A stretch of DNA of 64,000 bases from an uncultured bacterium. Lineage in GTDB: Bacteria; Krumholzibacteriota; Krumholzibacteriia; LZORAL124-64-63. The translations under genes and the position numbers were made by a program. The notes beneath the pieces are model-generated. The model ran no database searches, was not told the origin of the DNA, and was given only the letters and a program-made list of their open reading frames with translations. This document shows, piece by piece, positions 57,801 through 64,000 of the stretch; the stretch's first letter is position 1; each line of letters opens with the position of its first letter. Location: assembly GCA_963727525.1 (NCBI GenBank), contig CAVSGO010000002.1, forward strand, positions 1-64,000, read 5' to 3'.

Positions 57801-60294
57801 CGCGATCAGCGGCGACGGAAGCGCCAACCTCATGAGCGGGCCGCAGCCGGCGAGCCTCGATCTGGTTGCGGGGGATTCCGGGAGCTTCGTCTGGACCTAT
57901 GCCTCCATGGTCACCGGTGCGACCTATGTCACTGGCCGTTGCGAGGGCACTGGCGCCGGCGGTCAGATGCGCCGCTCGCTCGCCACCACCTCGGGCGCGC
58001 ACCTCATCTTGAATCCCGTCGGCGGCCTCGACGTCTACCCCGTGGCCAACATGCCCAATTCCATCAACCGCGGACAGACCGGCGTGGTACCACTGACACT
58101 CACGCTCGTCAACGCGGGCGACGAGACCACTGCCGACCTGCGCCTGGACCGTCTCGTGATCACGCTCGACGATGGGTCCGGAAATCCCGTGGTCCCGAAC
58201 GACCTGCTTTCCCGCGCCACGGTGAACGAGGGCGTGAATGTCTATTGCGACGACACCACTCTCGAGACCAGCGGCCAGACGGTGACCCTCGACCTCGACC
58301 CGCAGGTCATCGTGACGAGCCGCGAGCCGGTGACGCTGGGCCTGCGCCTGGACATCCGGACGAACCCTTCGGTGTCGGCGTTCCGCGTCATCCTCGCCGC
58401 GCCCACCGACTTCACGGCACACGACAACGTGAACGACGCCATCCTCGGCGTGGCGCTGCACAACGGCAGCTTCCCGTTCCCGTCGGGCGTGGGTCATCTC
58501 GTGGCGCAGGCTACTGGACTCACCGTCATGCGGCCGGACCAGGTTCCGCGCACCGCCGGCGTCGGCCAATCCGGGGTCGAGCTGCTGCGCCTCGAATTGC
58601 TGGGTGGCGGTGATCCCGACCTGCCGTCGGACGTGCAGATCAGCGCCTTCACCGTGTCACTCACCGACACGCTGGGACATCGCCTGGCCGACGCATCCGC
58701 GCATCTCCGGCGACTGGACGTGGTCGGCCCGCTGGCCGTCCATGCCCAGGCCATGCTCACCGACGCGGGCGACTCCGTCGTCACCTTCCAGCTCGTCCCG
58801 GCCATCTCCGTCCCCGTCGGTGACGTGGCCGTGCCGGTGACGATCATGGGGCTCACCGCGGACGACGCGACGCTCGGACCCATCCGGCTGCGTCTTGACG
58901 ACGCCGCGCTCTTCGCCGCGCACGACGGCAACGTGGGTGCGGCCGTGCCCGTGACCTATCAGCCCGCCGTGATCAGCGGGCCCGATGTCACCATCCAGGC
59001 ACCGGTCGTCACGGTCTCGGTGTCGGCAACACCACAGCTCCCGGCCTACCTCACCCCCGGCGCACGCGGCGTCCCCACGCTCACGGCTCACGTGAGTCAC
59101 ACCGGCAACGCCGGCGTGGGCGCCGCCGGCCTCGATACGCTCCGGCTGGTGTGCCTCGACGATCACCGGCAGGCCCTGGATCCCGCGGCGCTCTGCGACC
59201 GCCTGCGCGTGAGCTGGCGCGGCACGCCGTGCGCCGATCTGTCCCCGCCGTCGGCGTCGAACGGACTCGTACGGGTGCCGCTGAGCGGTGTGCTCATCGC
59301 CGCCGGCGAGACGGGCGATCTCGAGATCACACTGGACCTGGAGACCAACGTCCCGGCCGCCGGCTTCGAGATCGTGCTTCCGGACTCGGGCCTCGTGGGG
59401 CACGACACGAATCTCGTCACGCCGGTCACGATGCGTCCGGCCGCCGGAACCGCGCCTCCCTACAGTTCCGGCCTCGCGCACATCGTGTCCGCGGCCGAGG
59501 AACTGATCGTGGGCTTCACCGACCAGATGCCGCCGCTCGTGGCGGGCGACGGCAATGCCGTCACGATTGGCGCGCTGACGTTGACCAACACGGCCGTCGC
59601 GGGTTCGGGCAGCCTCGTGCTTGCCGGTCTCACGCTGCGTGGCGCGGACGACGCCGGACTCATTCGCGTGCTCGGCGGCGCTTGCGTCGAGTTCTCGGCC
59701 GGTGACGCGGCCGAGCCGTGGGCCGTGGTCAGCGACGTGGCGCTCACCGACTCCACGGTGGTGCTGACCGGAGCGACGCCGCTGGAGATCCCGGCCGCGA
59801 CCACGATCACGTTGCCACTGCGAGCCCGCTTCCGCGACGGCACGCAGGGTGGTCTGCGCCTGGGCTTCGCCGAGGGCGACGTCGAGGCCACCCAGCCCAA
59901 CGACGGGGCCGGGACGGTCCGGGTCCGTCCGGCGCCGGGCACGGCCTTTCCTTTCTGGACGGAGGCCGGTCACTTCAGCGATCTGAGCCTCGAGGCCAGC
60001 TACATCAACTTCCCGAATCCCTTCGCTGCCGGGCGGGAAGCCACCGCCTTCGCCTTCATGCTTGCGCACCCGGCCGACGTGAGCCTGCGCATCTACTCGG
60101 CAAGGGGCGATGGGGTCGTCACGTTGCTGAACAGCGTCGCGCTCCCGGCCGGCCTGCATCAGGACATCGCCTGGGACGGGCGCAACGGTCAGGGGCAGAC
60201 GGTGCGCAACGGCGTGTACCTCGCCGAGCTGAACGTGCGGTACGGCGACGGTGGACACGACCGTCTCCTGCGGAAAGTGGCGGTGGTGCGATGA
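51835..60294 (+). CDS. Giant surface protein: 3 N-terminal GxYxG repeats, 8 DUF11-like Ig repeats, further beta repeats, C-terminal FlgD-Ig domain
   Basis: 2819-aa ORF (start may be 51841 or 51871); repeats DL......D...P..G..V......N.GP..A.GV...LP.GL...G.W..G.L...ND.A (~52810-55765); ends NFPNPF...WDGRNGQG..VRNGVY...KVAVVR. Confidence 0.88.
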   Translation: MRMVKRALTNLAMANGGIRQIPIILCCLLTSVTFARAEVVTGTYDGNGAAPRTVGGVGFRPDVVIIKGDNSQSAVIRTSAMPTDRTKQLAQDEPLLSNRILDFTADGFVVGSDADVNTGGVQYAWVAFSNDPGSMAVGSYLGIGLSSRDVTGLGFAPAVVFVIGDNNHRPHWKSLAMPAGESMAFDDEGLRGGLITDLLTDGFHVGTDSSVNGLFTTYFYVAWGESPGSLAVGTYVGNGANKQDVHGMGFTPEWALVKAGEGLPAVQKPKALGGDKSGFVTPEAFSNNALMKVEGDGIEVGNDYRVNEQGRTYYYLAIEDNHTHLCDLQVGLAADDSTPAVGESVTFTVDLLNDGPDDATGVALTVVLPTGLSYVSSAPAVGTYDDVTGIWTVGDLHKHVATELAVTALVGAGAAGQSLTATAGVSALVESDTDGSNNMAGANVIVPGADLAVTLVVDNPTPNEGEQVHYTATVSNIGPDATTGVALTMTWPAGLSFNSAAASVGHYSSVTGIWTLGDLAVGGTETLVITGRAGNGTAGQTLTTAVAVTASDLGDPVNANDAASVDVIVNATSSDLGMLLAADDPQPDVGQTVTFTATLTNGGPDDDSGVVASFTLPAGLTYASHSVGAGAFDPGTGTWTVGGLVAGDAVTLLVDATVDAGTGGSTLTATVAVAAADQPDPQAANDTASTSITVTSADLAITLGVDTPSPNPGDPVTFTVTLHNNGPSAATSVAAVVALPPELTFVSSTPEAGAFDSGTGTWSLPAIPAHGTTTLQIATSADGMVGGENLTTTATITGADQSDPVTANNTVSLVIGVTSADLGLAIAFDDTTPDVGQTILATITLANAGPDDVTGAEVAMALPPGLTLAGNNVSAGSYDQATGSWHVGDLAAGAGATLDLTLVVDGDTAGATLGISANVSSADQGDPAAANNAVSGSVVVTDSDLAVSFTVDDAHPDEGNHVVGRVVVTNLGPDLATGVTLDVPMPAGLVFDSYLADDGTFGADTGVWAPGAIATGDSTWLAVTAAVDTATAGTTLTWAAAVSGATQGDSEAANDTASVEITVTAVDLAVGLGVSDETPDEGQTVTFTVNVANNGPDPASGVSLDVTIPAGLTITNHSAGAGIFDELTGHWNVGGIGAQTGQLLQLTAAVDAGTAGDTLMVAAAVAGVQQADLVADNDTASVSLVVNAADLGIALGFSDSTPVEGQTITAAVVVSNAGPQPAMGIGALVGLPTGLTYASHSVINGAFDPDTGLWNLPALPVGGSAALLLTVTVDAGTADTQLISTAQITASSQGDPVPGNNAVATPITVANPQAVQAEIRPFSQTRRRLLPGGAVDDVLRLDLINPSTQALPLTSVTFTNPVTGAANQTVQDAAWSGLVLFHREAQIAAPVIMGEEPAAAQSFVNGTTTFAGLDLNIAAGDTLHLILRGAASLGAPDALELRPEVQDGDAFTFSRDIAVEGSWPLTANGELAVDGMTRAQITVHEVASTVLQLGSINNESMDVTIPGNGGEADQLTRINVENLGTAGLITAARALADDGDGVVGAGDAPIADLIWTGARWEATGLAWPVPATGLRILVTVDIAGDATGGTVRLSLPAGDDTGIGMASGNDGPIDEPVISSNQTVSTVDHVVVSTEAIASQVLAPGQSAVPLMHLWATNLYSGVDQELRGLIVHSDVRGQSGANQAQLDSVLAQLNLRRDGNGDGVLGSLGDDPIIAQATFSNGVATFQGIGWSIPADGERHHLFLTGAVSLHRAADGDTIAVSVAQGGDLVFVRPAALVGSWPLDSGARHRVDGMVARQIGTTDVQPVTLTADDGPVAALDVVIPSNGYASDTLTQLNLVNRGSATTADIAALQLWVDDGDGVFLPGSDAMVATMAGVDSTWVAPNLALAVPASGLHLFAGLTVTSAPSDSATVRLRIPVNGVSMASANDGPRDAAVLSNTTLLISTAPLLANLQVAPARSTVGQTITVTMNVTNISGEDVAGITPSGLAISGDGSANLMSGPQPASLDLVAGDSGSFVWTYASMVTGATYVTGRCEGTGAGGQMRRSLATTSGAHLILNPVGGLDVYPVANMPNSINRGQTGVVPLTLTLVNAGDETTADLRLDRLVITLDDGSGNPVVPNDLLSRATVNEGVNVYCDDTTLETSGQTVTLDLDPQVIVTSREPVTLGLRLDIRTNPSVSAFRVILAAPTDFTAHDNVNDAILGVALHNGSFPFPSGVGHLVAQATGLTVMRPDQVPRTAGVGQSGVELLRLELLGGGDPDLPSDVQISAFTVSLTDTLGHRLADASAHLRRLDVVGPLAVHAQAMLTDAGDSVVTFQLVPAISVPVGDVAVPVTIMGLTADDATLGPIRLRLDDAALFAAHDGNVGAAVPVTYQPAVISGPDVTIQAPVVTVSVSATPQLPAYLTPGARGVPTLTAHVSHTGNAGVGAAGLDTLRLVCLDDHRQALDPAALCDRLRVSWRGTPCADLSPPSASNGLVRVPLSGVLIAAGETGDLEITLDLETNVPAAGFEIVLPDSGLVGHDTNLVTPVTMRPAAGTAPPYSSGLAHIVSAAEELIVGFTDQMPPLVAGDGNAVTIGALTLTNTAVAGSGSLVLAGLTLRGADDAGLIRVLGGACVEFSAGDAAEPWAVVSDVALTDSTVVLTGATPLEIPAATTITLPLRARFRDGTQGGLRLGFAEGDVEATQPNDGAGTVRVRPAPGTAFPFWTEAGHFSDLSLEASYINFPNPFAAGREATAFAFMLAHPADVSLRIYSARGDGVVTLLNSVALPAGLHQDIAWDGRNGQGQTVRNGVYLAELNVRYGDGGHDRLLRKVAVVR

Positions 60295-62333
60295 AGACCA
60301 TGCGCCCATCGCTCCCGGTTTGCGTGGCTTCGTGCCTGCTCGTCGCCCTCGCGCTCCTGACCGCCACTGCGGCGCGCGCGATGGACGATGGCGGCGGCCG
60401 CTCGGTCTTTGCCACCGGCGCGGGCAATCGCGCCCTCGGCCTCGGCGGCGCGTTCTGCGCCATCGCCGACGACGCCAGCGTCACGATCTGGAATCCCGGT
60501 GGCCTGGGGTGGATCGACCGAAAGCAATTCGCCGTCACGCAGACGACCCTGTTCGGACTCGGATTCAACGAGCAATTCGCATCGATCGTCGTGCCCGACT
60601 ACCGCATCGGCGCCGTATCATTCACGCTGCGCCGCTTCGCCGTCGACGAGATCGAGGGCCGCGATGATCGCGGCATGCTCACCGACGACGACCTGCAGGA
60701 CAGCGAGCTGGAAGCAGCTCTCGGCTACGGACATCGGCTCGGAGCGGCGGCTTCCGCGGGCGTGGCGATCAAGATGCAGCGGCAGTCGCTCGCCGGCTTC
60801 TCCGACAGCGGCCTCGGCGTGGATCTCGGTCTGCTCATGCGCCCGCTCCAGCTCGTGCATCTGGACGAGTCGGGCGGCGGACTCACGTTCGGCGCGTCGG
60901 TCCGCAACGCCATCGAGCCCACGGTACGCCTCGAGACGGACAACGTGCCCGATCCTACGGCCTTGCGGTCTGGTCTCGCTTACCGCAGGCATCTCGGCGC
61001 AGCGCTCGCGATGCTGGCGAGCGTGGATGTCGAGAAGACGCGGCACATGGGCTCCCGCCTGCACGCCGGTTTCGAGGCACAGCTCGAAGACATGCTCGCC
61101 CTGCGGGTTGGTTCATTCGCGGGCACGCTCACCGCTGGCACCAGCGTGCGCTGGCGCGGCCTGGGCGTCGACTATCAGTTCGAGGACAATCCACTCGGCT
61201 CGATCCACCGCTTTGGTCTGTCCGTGGCCTTCGGCCCCACTGTCGCCGAGAGCGAGCATGCCGCGCGCCTCGCCGAGTCGAACGCCTTGCAGTCGCGACT
61301 CGATGCTGCCTTCGTCAAACGCACGCAGAACCAGGCTGACCGCGTCATGCGGGAAGCTCGGCGCGCGCTCGAGGACAGGCGCTGGGATCGCGTGCTCGAT
61401 CTCGCCGGCACGCTGCTGGTCCTCGCCCCGAACGATCCTACCACGCCGTCGCTCATGGCCGACGCCTGGCGTGGACGGGCCACCGACGCCGAGAAGAACG
61501 GCGATCTGTCCGCGGCCGCCGTGAGCTACAGCCAGGCGCTCGCCGAGCTGCCCTCCGACAGCACGGCCGCGCGGGCGCTGGCGCGCGTCCGACGTACGAG
61601 CGCCGAGCGCGCGGATCGCACGCGCGACCTGCGCGCCCGATTCGACGCCGCCCTCGACGCGTTCTCCCGCGACGATCTGCTGGCGGCGCAGCGGGGATTC
61701 CAGGAAATCCTCGCAACCAGCCCGGACGACCAGGAAGCCGCCACCATGCTCACACGCACGCGTAGTGCGATCGCACGCCGTGTCGACGCACTGCTCGACC
61801 AGGCCGGTTCATACCTCGCCGCCGACCGGCTCGAAGACGCCGAGGCCAGGATCGCCGAGGTCCGGACCTTCGACGCCACCAGCGCCGGGGCCGCCGGGGT
61901 ATCCGACCAGATCATCCGCCGGCGCACGGAGATCGCCCGGGCTGCGGCGGCGTTGCCGACCGCGCCGGAAGCCACGCACGTGGCCGCTGCAAGCATGCCC
62001 GAACCATCGGTCCTGAGCCCGGCGCGTCAGCGCGAGGTCGCCGACCTCTACCGGCGCGGCGTGCAGTCGCTCGACGACGGCCGCACCGCCGACGCGATCC
62101 GCTACTGGGAACTGGTGTGGGCCGCCGATCCCGAGTTCGAAGGAGTGGCCGACCATCTCGCGCAGGAGTACCTGGCGCAGGGCATGGACGCCTTCGCCGC
62201 CGGCAAGCTGAACCAGGCCGTCGAGAGCTGGGAGCAGGCCGTGCGCGTGGCGCCGAACGACCCACGTGCCCGGGGCTACCTCGAGCGCGCACACGAGCAA
62301 CTCGCGCGCATGCGGCGCATCGGCGCCCGGTAA
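60291..62333 (+). CDS. PorV/PorQ-like outer-membrane beta-barrel fused to TPR repeats
   Basis: ATGA-coupled; signal peptide; GAGNRALGLGGAFCAIADDASVTIWNPGGL; amphipathic strands to HRFGLSVAFG; C-terminal TPR-like helices. Confidence 0.8.
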   Translation: MKTMRPSLPVCVASCLLVALALLTATAARAMDDGGGRSVFATGAGNRALGLGGAFCAIADDASVTIWNPGGLGWIDRKQFAVTQTTLFGLGFNEQFASIVVPDYRIGAVSFTLRRFAVDEIEGRDDRGMLTDDDLQDSELEAALGYGHRLGAAASAGVAIKMQRQSLAGFSDSGLGVDLGLLMRPLQLVHLDESGGGLTFGASVRNAIEPTVRLETDNVPDPTALRSGLAYRRHLGAALAMLASVDVEKTRHMGSRLHAGFEAQLEDMLALRVGSFAGTLTAGTSVRWRGLGVDYQFEDNPLGSIHRFGLSVAFGPTVAESEHAARLAESNALQSRLDAAFVKRTQNQADRVMREARRALEDRRWDRVLDLAGTLLVLAPNDPTTPSLMADAWRGRATDAEKNGDLSAAAVSYSQALAELPSDSTAARALARVRRTSAERADRTRDLRARFDAALDAFSRDDLLAAQRGFQEILATSPDDQEAATMLTRTRSAIARRVDALLDQAGSYLAADRLEDAEARIAEVRTFDATSAGAAGVSDQIIRRRTEIARAAAALPTAPEATHVAAASMPEPSVLSPARQREVADLYRRGVQSLDDGRTADAIRYWELVWAADPEFEGVADHLAQEYLAQGMDAFAAGKLNQAVESWEQAVRVAPNDPRARGYLERAHEQLARMRRIGAR

Positions 62334-63841
62334 TGAGCGAAAGATCTCACAAGAGCAAGGATCGGGTGATGGATCGACGACAGGCTCGCCGCTCGGTCAG
62401 CATGAAGCTCATCCTCTCCATGACCACCTCCATCCTCGTGGCCAGCGCGGTGGCCGGCGTGGCGCTGGTGACCGAGCACAACGTGCGGCGAGAGCTGACC
62501 CGGGAGATGGAAACGCGACTCGTGCTCGAGGCCCGCAATCTGGCCTTGTTGAGCACCGACGCGTTGCTCGCCGAGTTCCCGGAGTTGACGCTGTGTCCGC
62601 TCGTCCGCGAGATGGTAGATCGCCAACCCGACATCACCCTGGCCGTCGTCCTGGATCATGAAGGACTCGTGCAGGGCTACCCGGATCCGCGCGCCCTCGG
62701 TCATCCCTTCGCCGACCTCTCGCATTACGTCGGCGAAACGCCCCAGGGGCCACTCAACGATGGCGAGGCGCTGATCGGCAACGACGTGACGATCGCCGTC
62801 CGGGCCGAGGTGCGCCACGCCAACGGCCAGATGCTCGGCACCGTCGTCGTCGGCCAGCCACGCGACCAGCTCACGGCCGTGCTCGCGGCCAACCGACGGC
62901 AGGTGCTCGGCCTCGCCGCGTTGCTCGCGGTCGCCGGCGGTCTCGTGGCCATCATGCTGATGCGCCGCTTGCTCCGCCCCGTGGACGCGCTTCGCCGCGG
63001 TCTGGAACGCATCGGTGAGGGCGACCTCGAGTCGCCCATCCAGCTGGAGGACGGCACCGAGCTGGGGTTGCTGGCCAACACCGTGAACGCGATGGCTGGA
63101 CAGCTCATGTCTTCTCGTCACGAAGCATTGGCCAAGGAGCTGGAGATCGTCCAGACGCAACAGGAACTCATTCACACGCTGGGGATCGTGGTAGAGGGGC
63201 GGTCGCACGAGACGGCCAACCACACGATCCGCGTCGGCCACGCCACCGCCCTCCTCGCGGCGCTCGCCGGACTAGGTCAGGACGAGGCCGAGCTGTTGCG
63301 CATGGCCGCACCCATGCACGACGTCGGCAAGGTGGGCATTCCCGACGCCATTCTCAACAAGCCGGGCAAGCTGACCGACGACGAATTCAACACCATGAAG
63401 TCGCATGCCGAGATCGGGTACAACATCCTCAATCACTCGGAACGGCCGTTGCTCAAGTCTGCCTCGATCATCGCGCACGAGCATCATGAGCGCTGGGACG
63501 GTAAGGGCTACCCACGGGGCATCCGCGGTGACGACATCCATATCTACGGCCGGATCGTGTCCATCGTCGACGTGTTCGATGCGCTCTCGAGCAACCGCGT
63601 CTACCGCGCGGCCATGCCGATGTCCAGGGCGCTGGCCATCATGGAGGAAGGACACGGAACGCAGTTCGACCCGCATCTGCTCGACATCTTCCTTTCCAAC
63701 ATCGACCGCTTCCGGGCCTTGATGGACGTATATTCCGACGTCTTCGAGTCGCCTGAACGCATCGTGGAGAAGACCCTTTCGCCGATCGAGGAGTCGGCAG
63801 GCGACGAGTCGGCTTTGCTGGATCCCGTGGGTCAGGCCTGA
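62333..63841 (+). CDS. Membrane HAMP + HD-GYP cyclic-dinucleotide phosphodiesterase
   Basis: TAATG coupling; TM-periplasmic-TM; HAMP (ELGLLANTVNAM); HTIRV, MHDVGK, HHERWDGKGYP, DVFDAL. Confidence 0.92.
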   Translation: MSERSHKSKDRVMDRRQARRSVSMKLILSMTTSILVASAVAGVALVTEHNVRRELTREMETRLVLEARNLALLSTDALLAEFPELTLCPLVREMVDRQPDITLAVVLDHEGLVQGYPDPRALGHPFADLSHYVGETPQGPLNDGEALIGNDVTIAVRAEVRHANGQMLGTVVVGQPRDQLTAVLAANRRQVLGLAALLAVAGGLVAIMLMRRLLRPVDALRRGLERIGEGDLESPIQLEDGTELGLLANTVNAMAGQLMSSRHEALAKELEIVQTQQELIHTLGIVVEGRSHETANHTIRVGHATALLAALAGLGQDEAELLRMAAPMHDVGKVGIPDAILNKPGKLTDDEFNTMKSHAEIGYNILNHSERPLLKSASIIAHEHHERWDGKGYPRGIRGDDIHIYGRIVSIVDVFDALSSNRVYRAAMPMSRALAIMEEGHGTQFDPHLLDIFLSNIDRFRALMDVYSDVFESPERIVEKTLSPIEESAGDESALLDPVGQA

Positions 63842-64000
63842 TCGCGGAGCAGATCGGTGTAAGCCACGTCCACGAGATCATCCCGCGACACGCCCAGGCG
63901 GTCCATGAGGCGGAGCGCGATCGCCTCGCCCTCGGCCACCTCCTGATCCGGCGTCAGCACGACCTCCAGCTCGAGAAAGTCGCCCAGAGCCGCCACGGCA
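63832..64000 (-). CDS. CYTH / class IV adenylate cyclase-like protein, 3' end only
   Basis: Minus strand AVAALGDFLELEVVLTPDQEVAEGEAIALRLMDRLGVSRDDLVDVAYTDLLRDQA*. Confidence 0.8.
   Translation of the reverse strand, partial: AVAALGDFLELEVVLTPDQEVAEGEAIALRLMDRLGVSRDDLVDVAYTDLLRDQA

Overview
GC-rich bacterial window. Secreted proteins ending in an 'NxPNPFNP...FlgD-Ig' domain, a PorV-like barrel and short 'W-S-x-V-K-A-L-F/Y' C-terminal tails suggest an FCB-affiliated candidate lineage such as Krumholzibacteriota/Latescibacterota (inference only). 1-6.9 kb: end of an integrative element (DUF2924, large serine recombinase with two apparent frameshifts, small HTH-like ORF), lower-GC cargo (HEPN-like and Mrr-like ORFs) and a tRNA-Asn 3'-half remnant. 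6.9-38 kb: sigma-54 response regulator with an unusual FG-GAP sensor kinase; CBM9-like/SSS-transporter/SGNH genes; GT-C-like membrane protein; PPIase; DUF4342; a 180-nt imperfect palindrome; two BNR-propeller+FlgD proteins; two transglutaminase-like proteins; fasciclin; and a GH130-GH38-glycosylasparaginase operon. 38-46.6 kb: nucleotidyltransferase/S26 peptidase/HprK-like kinase/PqqD(RRE) cassette with no visible precursor; an EEP hydrolase; a tandem array of secreted paralogs sharing a W-S-x-V-K-A-L-F/Y tail, plus headless tail remnants; and a CC-pair repeat protein. 46.8-64 kb: AmmeMemoRadiSam operon with apparent export signals plus a spermidine-synthase-like membrane protein; a translationally coupled giant DUF11 adhesin, PorV-like/TPR and HAMP/HD-GYP operon; and the 3' end of a CYTH gene. 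Several single-base frameshifts may be assembly errors. All family calls come from motif recognition by eye; no searches were run.
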